From Octopus sinensis (Eukaryota): a stretch of 64,000 nt of DNA. A program made the translations under genes and the position numbers. The notes beneath the pieces are model-generated. The model saw nothing but the letters and a program-made list of their open reading frames with translations. It was not told where the DNA came from and made no database searches. Positions 1 to 12,401 of the stretch are shown piece after piece (the first letter of the stretch is position 1; the number at the start of each line of letters is the position of its first letter). The stretch covers positions 172,298,001-172,362,000 of the forward strand of contig NC_042997.1 in assembly GCF_006345805.1 (NCBI RefSeq). Reading direction: 5' to 3'.

Positions 1-269
1 AATAATAATAATATCCTTTTTTATAAGCTTAAAGCTTACATGCAGTCACCATGACTTGACTAAAGAATATAGTCAAATATTGGGGCATATAAGCCTTCTA
101 TGGGAAAAATGGATCCTCTGCACACATGGGACTTGAACCCACACTTCCATGTTTTCACAACAAGTGTGCCACCATTTACACTAACATTCTCACCTGTTCC
201 TTCTCATCAGATTAAGAACAATAATCCCAATATAAAAAATATTATTATTATTTACAGATATATATATGA

Positions 270-1690
270 GAGAGAATCATGATGTTGTAAGAGAGAAATG
301 TGTTCACAGGGATGATGGTTCATTTGCACTAAACGAGGATGCAAAGTGAGAGGTTTGGAGACGCCACTATGAAAGGTTGCTGAATAAAGAAAATGGATGG
401 GAGAAAGAGAGTCTGCCAAATGTTGACCCAACACAGGGATCACTATCCGAGTTGACAGTACCTTGATAGATAAAGCAATTAAGAGTATGAAGACAGGGAA
501 AGCCCCCGGCCCATCAAGAATCACTGCAGAGATGCTCAAAATATCTGGCAGTGTCAGGTATAGCCTAGTCACCCGTATAGTTAACCAGGTGATACACGAA
601 GGAGTCATACCCAATGACTGGTGTAGAAGCACTATAATCAACTGCTACAAAGGAAAAGGTGATACTTTAGATACAAATAATTACAGAGGTATCTAATTGT
701 TGGATCAGGTAATGAAGGTCTCGGAGAGGGTCATAGCCCAACTAATTAGGGAGACAGTCAGTTTAGATGAGATGCAGTTTGGGTTCATGCCAGGGAAAAG
801 CACTACTGATGCTATATTTCTGGTATGGCAGCTGCAGCAGAAATACCTAGCCAAAGATAAACCTCTGTACCTGGCTTTTGTTGACATGGAGAAAGTCTTT
901 GACAGGGTCCCCCCAATCCCTTATCTGGTGGTCAATGAGGAAACTAGAAATAGATGAATGGTTAGTGAGAGCTGTGCAAGCCATGTACAGGGACGCTGTC
1001 AGTAAGGTGAGGGTTGGCAACAAGTACAGTGAAGAATTCCGGGTGGAGGTAGGGGTTCACCAAGGTTCAATCCTTAGCCCCCTTCCTATTTATCATAGTC
1101 CTCTAGGCAATAACAGAGGAATTCAAGACAGGATGCCCCTGGGAGCTCCTCTATGCTGATGACCTTGCTCTAATTGCTGAGTCACAATCAGAACTAGAGG
1201 AGAAGTTTCAGATGTGGAAACAAGGATTAGAATCAAAGGGCCTTAGAGTGAACCTAGCTAAATCCAAAGTCCTAATATGTAGGAAGGCAGGCAAACCACA
1301 AATCCAGACCTGGGATGAAGTGGTGAAGCACGACCTTCGAACATTAGGCCTCACCGAGGTAATGACTAGTGACTGAGACTTTTGGAAATATGCTGTGCTT
1401 GAGAAGACCCAGTGAGCCAAATGAGACCATAACCTTGTGGCCTATGCCAGGGGCGTAACCAGCCCACTTATGCATACCTTTCCTTCATGGGACACTAAAC
1501 TCTGCTTGCAAAGACATGTTAAGGCAAGTGAAATCGAAATCAAATTTGATAACTGGCATCTGTGCCAGTGTGGTGCTAAGAGCACCATCTGAGCATGATT
1601 GTTGACAGAGTGGCTACCTGGCTACTGTGCCAGTGGCACATAAAAGGTACTATTCGAGTGTGATCATTACCAGCATTGCCTTACTGGCAC
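270..1690 (+). mobile_element. RTE-clade LINE, 5'-truncated pseudocopy with an internal deletion near 1305
   Basis: Frameshifted ORF pieces give RT motifs: KAPGPSRITAEMLK, QFGFMPGKSTTDAIF, VGVHQGSILSP and LYADD (~1150). The sequence then jumps to the C-terminal TWDEVVKHDLR and 3' UTR. Paralogous to 21086-23354. Confidence 0.92.
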
Positions 1691-2558
1691 TATATAATAT
1701 TTATCAACGAGATAAGTAACGTTTTTTCTTTAACAATATCATTCAACTTTTGAATTGTATTATGCTTGATTATTATTATTATTGTTGTTAAAATATTAAT
1801 TTATATATAATTTCTTGATAATTATTACTTACGATATGTATATCTATTTATGTATTTTGTTTATAATTATTTTTATAATGTGATTTAACATATTACATAT
1901 AATTTAATTTGAGAAATAATTTTGTAAGACAACATATTATTTAATAGTTAGGTGGTCTATTTATTACATAGTATTACATTTAAGTAAATAAGTTTAATAT
2001 TAATTGATATTTTGGTCAATTATATAATTGAGTAAAATATTAAATGTATAGATACTACATATAAATTAATAATATAGTTAGTTTATATAATAGGTGTGTA
2101 TATATTTGAACCATTTTCTATTTTAATTCTAATATTTATAGCTTGTACTAGCAATATGTATATTACTTAACATTAAGTTTTTTTTAGTATACATTATTTG
2201 ATAATAATATTTAATTTAGATGTTTATTAAATAAATAAATTAATTAATAAATTATTTAATTTAATGTATATAGATTAAATTATAGTATTTTAGTTTCAAT
2301 TAATATATATTTTGTAATTTATATATATATATATATTGATTTGTTTTAAATAATTTAATTAATTGTATTTTATTTTCTAGTAATGAAATATAGGTTATTC
2401 TTTTCTTATATATGTTAAAATTTTATTTTTATAGATATAATAAATATTTACACCTCTTTATTCTTTTTTTTATTTACACAAGAATATTTCATATTTTACA
2501 AGATTATATATTTATATTTATTAATTAGCTTAATTAATTATTTTATTGTTTTTATCTT

Positions 2559-2637
2559 TAACCTGAAGAATGACTATATATTGAATTGATTTTACTGTTA
2601 CCATTTCTTAAATATAGCCACGAAACACGTGTAGTTA
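2559..2637 (+). ncRNA. Type I minimal hammerhead ribozyme motif (partly decayed), Penelope-like
   Basis: TAAC-CTGAAGA-[ATGACTATAT...ATATAGCCAC]-GAAAC-ACGT-GTA-GTTA: stem I TAAC/GTTA, palindromic stem III ACACGTGT, GUA cleavage triplet, two mismatches in stem II. Confidence 0.7.
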
Positions 2638-2810
2638 TTCTACCAAATATATACATTTTATTTATTATTTTGCACATTACTTAGTCATTGGTATATGTTT
2701 TATCTTATATTTAACTTTTCTATAAGATGTAATTTTTTCTAAATGGTATAATTTTATTTTTTCATTGTCGAATTGATAAAAGGTGGTTTATTTCTAATTT
2801 ATATATATAT

Positions 2811-3388
2811 TCGGACTCCCTGATATTTTCGCATGATTGTACCTTAAATCCCTCCACAAAACTGGATTACGAACTATAAGGACATACACAAATTTTGTAA
2901 GTTCAAGACTTTTTCATCAGATCTCCAAAAAAATCGAACTTATCTGCGATTCTTGTTAATTTCAATAACAATCTGTTCTTCTACACGACATGACAGTCAC
3001 TATGTTTTTACTCAGACTTTCCTCTACATGGTGTGGCAGTCACTTTGCCTCTTACTCGGATTTTCAGAAATTTTGCATGACTGTATCCGAAAATTTCTTC
3101 ATACAACTTGATCAAATATCCAATATGAGCTATATGTAGACATGCATAAATTCTATAGGTTTAAAACCTTTCATCAGATCTCCATGAATCGAACTTTCTT
3201 CAATGCAGTTAATCCTACAACTCTTTTATATCTACCCCTTTTGATGTTTGGGAATTCTCTGATATTTTTTCGGCTGACGAGTACGAGCCATCTGTATTCA
3301 CTGCATTTTTGTAGCTTATTAAAGATGTCCTCGTACGAAACGATCGTACCGAGATTTTAATCCATTCTTGTTGCTTTTTTCCTATTTA
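2811..3388 (+). mobile_element. (TA)n-flanked non-autonomous element carrying a hammerhead (Penelope-like terminal repeat or retrozyme-like)
   Basis: Bounded by (TA)n on both sides; contains two diverged ~240-bp repeats followed by an intact hammerhead motif; no coding capacity. Confidence 0.6.
3270..3352 (+). ncRNA. Type I hammerhead ribozyme motif, intact core
   Basis: TCGG-CTGACGA-GTACGAG...CTCGTAC-GAAAC-GATC-GTA-CCGA: all core positions present, perfect 7-bp stem II, palindromic stem III ACGATCGT. Confidence 0.88.
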
Positions 3389-3482
3389 TATATATATATA
3401 TATATATATTATATTTTGTGATAGTTGATTTAGTATTTTTATATTGAATTTTTCCCCGTAAATTTTGAATAATATTCCCTCA

Positions 3483-3529
<47 letters not shown>

Positions 3530-3531
<2 letters not shown>

Positions 3532-4272
3532 TAGTTTTATTTTTATAGCGTGCTTTCACTTCACTACCGAGCGCAGCTCTGTGTGCCTTGGGTATGTGCT
3601 GTGATTTGTTGTGATGCTCTGATGGTTATTGTATGGAAAGTGTTCTGCGTAGGATGTGTGCAGTGCCTAGTAGTGCAATTTTCTGTATGTTATATGTGTT
3701 TGTAAGTCCTGGTGTTTTTGTTATGTATTTGTCTGAATATTTTTTTATCATGCCTAATGCACCTACTATGATAGGAATTGTTTCTGTTTTCAGATTCCAC
3801 ATTCTAGTTACCTCTATTTCCAGGTCTTTGTATTTTGAGAGTTTCTCCATTTCTTTTAGAGACACGTTGTCATCAGCTGGTATTGATACATCAATTAGAA
3901 AGCATTTTTTTTCTTCATGGTCTCTGACAACTATATCTGGTCTGTTGGCCTTAATTTCTCTGTCTGTGTGTATCGGCATATCCCAGAGTATGGTTGCTTT
4001 CTCGTTTTCTGTGACCTTTTCTGGTGTGTGCCTATACCATCTTTTTTCTGTTGTTATTCCATAATGTTGGCATAGCTTCCAATGTATGTAGGTTCCAACT
4101 CTGTCATGTCTGTGAATATATTCCTTCTTAGCCAGGACTGGGCAGCTAGAGATAATATGATTTATTGTTTCTTGTCCATCTCCACATATTCTGCAGTTAC
4201 TTGTAATATTTCTTTTCATTACATGTTTTTGGTAATTTCTGGTGGGGAGGCTTTGGTCTTGTGCTGCAAGAC
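3530..4272 (-). mobile_element. R4/Dong-clade RLE retrotransposon, 3' fragment inserted in (TAA)n
   Basis: ORF 3626-4219 has a CCHC finger (CRICGDGQETINHIISSC) and RLE motif (RPDIVV...IDVSIP...EKLSKY); (TTA)n tracts on both sides. Confidence 0.93.
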
Positions 4273-4325
<53 letters not shown>

Positions 4326-4326
4326 G

Positions 4327-4379
<53 letters not shown>

Positions 4380-4644
4380 TATATTTCTGTGCATGTCCTC
4401 TCCACATATGCTCACACACATGCACATTGGCAACATTCGTCTATTTCTTGAACATGATGTGAATAACCCTGAAATATTGAATACAAGGTAAGTCTACATT
4501 AATTCACATATTTGTTTTCTTGTGATTCACCTTGCATTTCCTTCGCACTGTTTGGCCTTACCCATGATCCTTTATGCAATATATTCTACACAATTTTTCA
4601 TAGTAATTATTCCATTATAAATATGTGTATGTATGTATGTATGT

Positions 4645-4945
4645 ATTCTCAGAGTGGTTGGTGTTAGGAAGGGCATCCAGCTGTAGAAACCTTGCCAGAT
4701 CACATTGGAGCCTTGTGCAGCCACCTGGCTTGCCAGTCCTCAGGCAAACCATCGAACCCATACCAGTAGGATGATGATGATGTATGTATGCATGTATGTG
4801 TGTGTATAAGGGCATCCAGCCATAGAAACACTGCCAGATCTGACTGGCCTGATGAAGCCTTCCAGCTTCACAGACCCCAGTTGAACCGTCCAACCCATGC
4901 TAGCATGGAAAACGGACGCTAAATGATGATGATGATGATGATGAC
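4645..4945 (+). mobile_element. Two RTE 3'-end fragments ending in (GAT)n
   Basis: GGAAGGGCATCCAGC...CCAACCCATGCTAGCATGGAAAACGGACG-(GAT)n matches the 3' end of the RTE at 23200-23354. Confidence 0.8.
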
Positions 4946-5665
4946 ATATATATATATACATTTTTTAAATATTTCTTCATGTTCCTTGGATAATAGTTAT
5001 AAGAAAATAAGGAATTTTCCCAAAAGTAAAATATATTATTGACATATATTGAGTAATCTTTGTTTTGTATAAAGCACAACATTCATTACACACATACACA
5101 TACACATGCACATTAACACACAGTCATTGTCGTCATCATCATCATCATCATCATCAACAACATCATCATTGTCGTCATCATCATCATCATCATCATCAAC
5201 AACATCATCATTGTCGTCATCATCATCATTGTACTGTTTACTTTTCCATGCTTCCATGGGTTACAAAAGATTCATTAAGACAGCTTTCCTACAGTCAGAT
5301 GCACTTCCTCTCATCAATCCTGTTTCCAAGCAATGAGAGTGATTTTTCCTTTTACATCACACATATTTTTCTTGAGAGACTGCAAACAAATGTTGCTATT
5401 TGTATAGCAACTATTTTGCAATTAGTGTGTGATATCAAGATAAGAAAACACACACATATTCACATACACACATACATAGACATATCCACACACACTCCTA
5501 CATACAACACACACAAACATATGTATAAATATATACATATACATGTCCTCTCTTCTCTCCTCTCCATTATTATACGAAAAAATCGATCGTCATTAAATGT
5601 GACTTTAGTTTTTGTTTGTGCAGTAAGAAGCTTGCTTCCTAACCACATTGTTCCAGGTTCAGTCC

Positions 5666-6792
5666 CAGTGCTGGATTAACCCTTAAGCAAAATAAGCGCA
5701 TGCTTGGAGCATTGAGAGGTCAACACCGCAGAAATTGTAAATAGTTTATGGCACATTAGAAATTGTTTTAAACTTGCTAAAATAAACATTATTGAGCGTG
5801 TTTTCCCAATGTAGACATTACCTTTCATATATTTGTAACATTAATGGTCACAAATTGCTCAACTAGGCATTCATTTTCTCACTTGAAGTATGTTAAAAAC
5901 CTCATCAAAACAACTATGCAACAAGGCAGGCTGGATGCTTTATTTTTACTAAGAAGGGAAGCCGATGCATTATGTAAGATTAATTTTGAAGATCTGTTCA
6001 AAGACTTTGCAGTTAAAGAAAGTTGGAGAATACTTTTCAAATATTGGGTTGTCTGGAAAGTTCGTGCTGATTTTTAAAGGAAAGAAAAAGGTCAATAAAT
6101 ACTTGCCATCACATTTTTAATCAACCAAATATGAACCATTTTGTTGCACAATGCAACTCCATCTTTCCTTTACCTTGAAAATACCCTCTTCCCAGAATTG
6201 AGGTGGTTTCATGGCAAATAATTCATCAAGGTATCTTTTTATGTCATCCAAGAAATTGAAATTTTTACCATTAAGATTATTCTGCAGAGACCTGAATAAG
6301 TGGAAATCCAAAGGAGCAATATCTGGTGAATATGGAGGGTGGGGTAACACATCCCAGCCGAGCTGCAGCAATTTTTGTCTGGTTCCCAAAGCATCAAGTG
6401 CCAAAAATGAACTTTCTTATCTTCCATTTTAAAGGGTTACAGAATTGAAACAGGTAATAGGAACATAAACCTTCTTCCACGAAAAGATAGCTTAAACTGT
6501 GCTCTAAATGGAGGTGCAGTGAACCATGTTTAAGGACTCAACCATGTTCTAAAATAAGTCGAAAGGTAAGCTACTATAAATCGGCACGAACTTTACAGAC
6601 AACCCAATATAAATAAAGTGAAAGTATGCAAAAATAAATATTCTATTCCATCTTAATGTTATTTTTGTTTCATTTTGAAAAATAAAAAATAATTTTATGG
6701 TTTATTATTGTTTCTATTCTGGATTACATATATGTGGGGGCACTAAAACTTTTTAAGTGCTTAAGGCCTCTATGGGTCTTAATCCAGCCCTG
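5666..6792 (+). mobile_element. Non-autonomous hAT transposon inserted in a SINE
   Basis: TIRs CAGTGCTGGATTAA / TTAATCCAGCCCTG; 8-bp TSD TTCAGTCC (5658-5665 and 6793-6800); decayed hAT dimerization domain at 5844-6040 (VTNCSTRHSFSHLKYVKN...MQQGRLDAL). Confidence 0.9.
6044..6607 (-). mobile_element. Internally deleted mariner element nested in the hAT
   Basis: ~30-bp TIRs TTGGGTTGTCTGGAAAGTTCGTGCTGATTT / AAATCGGCACGAACTTTACAGACAACCCAA with TA TSD; N-terminal MEDKKVHFWHLMLWE is joined to the C-terminal HPPYSPDIAPLDFHLFRSLQN. Confidence 0.93.
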
Positions 6793-7072
6793 TTCAGTCC
6801 CACTGCATGTAACTTTGGGCATGTGTTTTCTAATAAAGCCTTGGGCCAACCAAAGCCATGTGAATGGATTTGGAAGACAGAATCTTGAAGAAGCCTGTGT
6901 GCTTAAGAAGACTCATCAAGCCAAGTGAAATCATAGTCATGGTTATTGCTGGTGTCATGTAACTGGCATCAGTGAAACCATAATTGTGGCCCTTGCTGAT
7001 ATCATGTAAATGGCACATAAAAAGTACCCATTGCACTCTTAGAATGGTTGGCTTTAAGAAGGGCATCCAACC

Positions 7073-7260
<188 letters not shown>

Positions 7261-8993
7261 AGGTATATACATACTCACACACAAACATACACACACACAC
7301 ACAAACACACACACATGTGCTAGAGAATCTGGGAAACTGGCCCTGTGAGCCTATATGACTCAAGAAGGAACTTTCTACCGTTATCTTTAACTATCCCAAG
7401 GCTGCATCTGCATGTTTCCCTGACTTGACAGAAATATCAGTCAAATCTTCCTCAAATCTTTACCTACCTTCATTAAAAAAGAAGGACACATTGGATGAAT
7501 TAGCTCAAGTATCTGCTGTGATAAACCAAATTTCATCATGAAACCTATTTACTACTTACTGGAGTGAATAAATGTGAAAGTGCCATTGCCATGGATACAT
7601 AAAAGCAGCACTTATTACATACAAGTTGTTTTCTCTAGGGCTAATGGACAAGCACTCTCTTAACTCGACCCATATGTTTGAAATAAGATATTTGGATGTG
7701 TTTTAAGATCCTTCAATCTTTAAGGCTTAAAACCTTTGTTATTTAATTAAATATTTCATGTTGAAGGAGGATTAATCTACAACTGAATATTGAAAATATT
7801 TCTGTACTTGAACTAAGTGTGAATAAAGATACAATAGACAAAACATAATCATTTTGTTACATTTAATATATTTGAAGACTAAATTACCAAGAACTTCAAT
7901 TCTATATAAATTCAGCTGTGTTCTTAGGCAGAAAAAAAAGAAAGAAAGAAAGCAAAAGAAAATAATATTAATCATGTCATTAAATTGAAGATTTTTAGAT
8001 ACCAAACTTTCTTCATTTCAATCTTTTAACATTACTAGATTTGGAGTTTTGGATATGAATAACCTTTCTCTGTCTTCCTCCCCACCTCTCTCTCTGTCTC
8101 TCTCTACTCTATCTCTCTTCCTCCCTCCCTCTCTCTCTCTCATTTTTCTTTATCTTTTCTGTTTCTGATTCTCTTTCCACCCGCTCTTGAGAAACTGCAC
8201 AGTACTTGTATCAAAGAACCAAGTAGCTGCAATTATATTACAGATTTTATCTTATAGTCTTGCATTTTTTTTCTTCTCAGTTTGACTCAGGAAATCCCAG
8301 GAAATGTTGCATTTTCTCATGCTGGAATTTTTTTGTTCATATTTCTGATAAAAATCTTCTATTTTTTTTTTTACTTTTCCTTACAGGAAAATCCATATAT
8401 ATTTTTGAACAATTGCCAGTGAATACTTACAACGAAATTCTTGTTTACATTTGTTTCATTTTCATATTATTTACATGTACGTTGTTCTAGTTGTTGTTGC
8501 TACCGCTTCTGTTGGTGCTGTTATTGCTATTACAACCCCTACTATTGTTGTTGTTTACACTTAGATACTAAGTGATTCCCCAATTTCATCTGCCTTATCA
8601 AGCATGGATTTATATCTTCTCTTCCAATTTATTCCTTTTGTTGTTTTGTTCAGAAGTTTCTCTCTTCTCTTGTATAACTTCACAAACCATTACACTACCA
8701 TTGAGCTGTATCTTCTCCCTAACTCTATTACTATAGCAACAGTTATCACTAGTACAAAATGAAGGAACTTCTACACCTCTGAACTGAATGCTTCGATATA
8801 CTTCTTCTTTGTAAAATCACATGAGATGCATCTACTTTTCTTCATCCTATGCTGTTCCTCACTTTATAACACTTGTCTTTGAGCACTAGTTCTGAATACT
8901 ATCACCTATATCCTTTTCCTTTAGAACAACATTCACCAGGGGCAATCTTAGCAGACTTATAGTCCCCCAGACAAATCACCACATTGGGCTCTA

Positions 8994-9254
8994 TAATAAA
9001 CAAATAAATGCACCCTTTTAAAGCCTAGCCAGGCTCATGGGCCTGGTTTCCCGGTTTCAATGGTGTATGTGTTCCCCAGCTGGACAGGACGCCAGTCCAT
9101 TGCAGCATTACTCATTTTTGCCAGCTGAATGGACTGGAGCAACATGAAATGAAGTGTTTTGCTCAAGAACACAATGTGTCGCCCAGTCCAGGAATCGAAA
9201 CCAATCTTACGATCATGATGCTGACACCCTAACCACTAAGTCATGTGCCTCCAC
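8994..9254 (-). mobile_element. tRNA-derived SINE, family B (CORE-like block plus TGGACTGGCGTCCTGTCCAG block)
   Basis: Head GTGGAGGCACATGACTTAGTGGTTAGGG...TTCGATTCC (Pol III A/B boxes); near-perfect TSD ATTGG(G/A)CTCTA. Relatives at ~39030-39262(-), 42855-43290(+), 53000-53256(-) and 55130-55470(+). Confidence 0.85.
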
Positions 9255-10039
9255 ATTGGACTCTAAAGTATTTACTTATTGTCAACAAAGCACAGCATAC
9301 ATAGATCAGAATTGTGCCCCTTGCCCAGTGATTCTCAACCATTTTTTGCCTATGACTGCTTTGATTCATATTTTACTCTAATGGACCCCCATCATCATCG
9401 TCATCATTTAGCAATCATTTTCCCTGCTAGCATGGGTAAAACAGTTTGACTGGAACTGATAAACTAAAGAGCTGCATCAGATACCATAGTCTGATTTGGC
9501 TTGGTTTCTATAGCTAGATGCTCTTCTTAATGCCAACCACTCCACATATGTATGTGTGTATGTATATGCAGATATGTATATGTATATACACATATACATA
9601 TACATACACACACACACACACACACACACAACACACACACACACACACACACACGCATATATATTTATATATAGTCCAAATTGGATATGCAAACTATGCA
9701 GGTGTCTTTTCAATACATTTTCTAGTTTAAAAGCCATTCAGGTGCCATGATGAATCTAAGGTGTAGGTACAAGAGGTGGTCAGACTCTGCATAATGCATA
9801 AGGAATGGACAACCACCATATATATATATATATATAAATATGTGTGTGTGTGTTTGTACTGGGTGCCTTCTGCATGTCACCAGCATGAGTACCTTTCACA
9901 TGTCACCAGTACAGCAAATCATCAAAAGTGAAAAAAATTCTATTATATTTATATAATTACATATTAGAATATAAGGATGAAAATCACGTTAATGATTTTT
10001 ATCAGGTACTCAGCATGCTATAACAATTTATAGGTAATC

Positions 10040-10321
10040 TATACATTAAATTAATAATAATATACATATGTATATAATTATATTAAGGGAGCAAGGGCGA
10101 AAATGTCCTATCTCCAGCATACTTGAAGAGCTGAGACCTTCAAAAAACTACCAAAAACTCCAGATAAAATATACACATGACTGAAAGCAGGCTAGTGAAA
10201 GAATATTAAAAATACCTCACATTAATTGTGAATTGGTTCCAATTTCTCATTTGGTCGCTTTTGCCCTTGCTCCCTTAATATAATTATATACATATGTATA
10301 TTATTATTAATTTAATGTATA
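10040..10321. repeat. Perfect 59-bp inverted repeat with 164-bp spacer
   Basis: 10040-10098 is the exact reverse complement of 10263-10321. Confidence 0.92.
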
Positions 10322-10344
10322 ATTACATATTATTAAGAATTGTA

Positions 10345-10820
10345 TAACCAGTCCATTTAAGAGATCCCTTCAATCATCGAGCAATATGCTGTGCATGAGA
10401 AAACCCGTTGCCAGTACTGCCTGACTGCACCTGTGCTGGTGGCACGTAAAATGCACTATTCAAGTGTGGTCGATGCCAGTTCTGCCTCACTGGTTCATAT
10501 ACCAGTGGCACATAAAAAGCATCATACGAGTGTGGTCGATGCCAATGTCACCTGACTGACTCACTTGCCGAAGGCCCGTGAAGAGCACCATTCGAGTATA
10601 ATCAATGCCAGTACTGCCCCACTGGCTCCTTGCCAGTGACACTTAAAAAGTACCCACTGCACTCTCGGAGTGGTTGGTGTTAGGAAAGACATCCAGCTGT
10701 AGAAACCTTGCCAGATCAGATTGGAGCCTAGTGCAGCCTCCTGGCTGGCCAGTCATCAGTCAAACTGTCCAATCCATGCCAGCATAAAAAGCAGATGCTA
10801 AACAATGATGATGATGATGT
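10345..10820 (+). mobile_element. RTE 3'-UTR fragment with internal ~63-bp repeats and (GAT)n tail
   Basis: Repeated GTGGCAC-TAAAA units followed by the conserved RTE 3' terminus. Confidence 0.85.
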
Positions 10821-11872
10821 ATATTGTATAAAAAAAACTGTTAGAATATTTTGCTTTGTAGAAACATAAGCTTTTTTTTGCACATAAATTTTAAGAACAA
10901 AATCTTAAATGGATAACCCCACTCAAGGTCTATGTAGACTAGGTTGAGAACTACTGCCCTAGACCAATAAAGACCCTGACAAATTTTTTGCCTATGGGCC
11001 CCTTTGATTCTTATTTTTCTCTGGTGGACCCCCATGTTAAACAAAACCCAATTATAGTTTTGTAATTAAATATTATTAGGAATTGTATTTAAAAAATTGC
11101 TAAAATATTTTGCATATTGTAGGAGAATAACTAGTTTCTTGTGCATAAACTTTAACATAAAAATCTTGTAAAGACCCCCAAAGGTCATGTGGATCCTGAG
11201 TGAGAATTACTGCACAAGATCAATAAAGACCCCCCACACAAACTCCCATGGTGCCCATGCCTCAAAATGGCACTGCTTCCAACAAGAATTCTCCTGTTTA
11301 TGTTTTTTTTTCTTTTTTTATTAAGCAACAAATCAGATCCAACATTAATTTCAGAAACCCCACCCAGTTAGCCTACACTTCATCTCCAACATAAGGCTTC
11401 AAAATGTCTACAGATTATATCCTGTGTCCCTTGAAAAACATATGATACTATCTCATTGCTATCCACCATTATAAAACATATTGTTATCAATAGATGATAT
11501 CTCATTTGCTATGTATCATTTGATGATATCTGACATGATTCCCCATACTAGGGTTGATGAAATGAGTCGTATATCTGTTTATATTATCTAAAATTACATT
11601 GTATAATTTGTCCTTCATTTTAATACGAAACATTATGATTTCACTAGCATTTCTCACAGGTCTATCAACAACTTATAGGCTTCTTTTTTGTTGGCTTGTT
11701 TTCCTGCAAGTAGTGGAGCTGAATATGATTTTACAGGGATACATGTACTTATTAAGGGTCCTTGTGAGTGGATTTGATAGATGGAAACTGAAAGACCATA
11801 CACATACATGAACATATATACACATAAACGAACATAAATACATATGTATGTGTGTATGTATATGTAGATATA

Positions 11873-11910
<38 letters not shown>

Positions 11911-11913
<3 letters not shown>

Positions 11914-12163
11914 TATTCAAAAGCAGCAGAAATATAACTGCTTTTTCTACTGCTTTTAAATAAAGCATATTACTCTACCTCTGGTATTTGAGTACTCTTT
12001 TTTCCACCTTATTTCACATTTATGTGCTTCCTCCAGTATATATATATGTATATATATGGTCCAAATCGGATATGTAAACTATGTGGCTGTCTTTCCAATA
12101 TATTGTGGATGTAAGGTGTAGGTAAAAGAGGTAGTCAGACTCTGCATAAGGAGTAAACAACCA

Positions 12164-12206
<43 letters not shown>

Positions 12207-12392
12207 CATGTGTGTGTGTGTGCATGTATGTGTGTGTGTGTATTCATGCATTTATTAATAAAGTTGCAAAGACATCACAAAAACTGCTACTCAGACAATT
12301 TTAAAACTGTCCAATGAACAGGAACAGTTTTTGTGATGTCTTTGCAGTTTTATTAATAAAGCATATTACTCTACCTCTGGTATTCGAGTACT
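11911..12392. mobile_element. Cluster of (TA)n/(TG)n-flanked fold-back mini-elements
   Basis: Hairpins at 11911-11965 and 12251-12360 (36-bp arms, 2 mismatches) are each followed by AAAGCATATTACTCTACCTCTGGTATT(T/C)GAGTAC; same family as 49740-49929. Confidence 0.7.
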
Positions 12393-12401
12393 ATATATAT
12401 A

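Larger units (their letters stand above)
9326..10956. mobile_element. hAT/Charlie-type MITE expanded by ~1.4 kb of nested insertions; partial second copy at ~10980-11212
   Basis: Ends CAGTGATTCTCAACC / GGTTGAGAACTACTG; 8-bp flanks CCCTTGCC / CCCTAGAC (6/8 match); the internal sequence recurs at 10980-11212. Confidence 0.6.
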
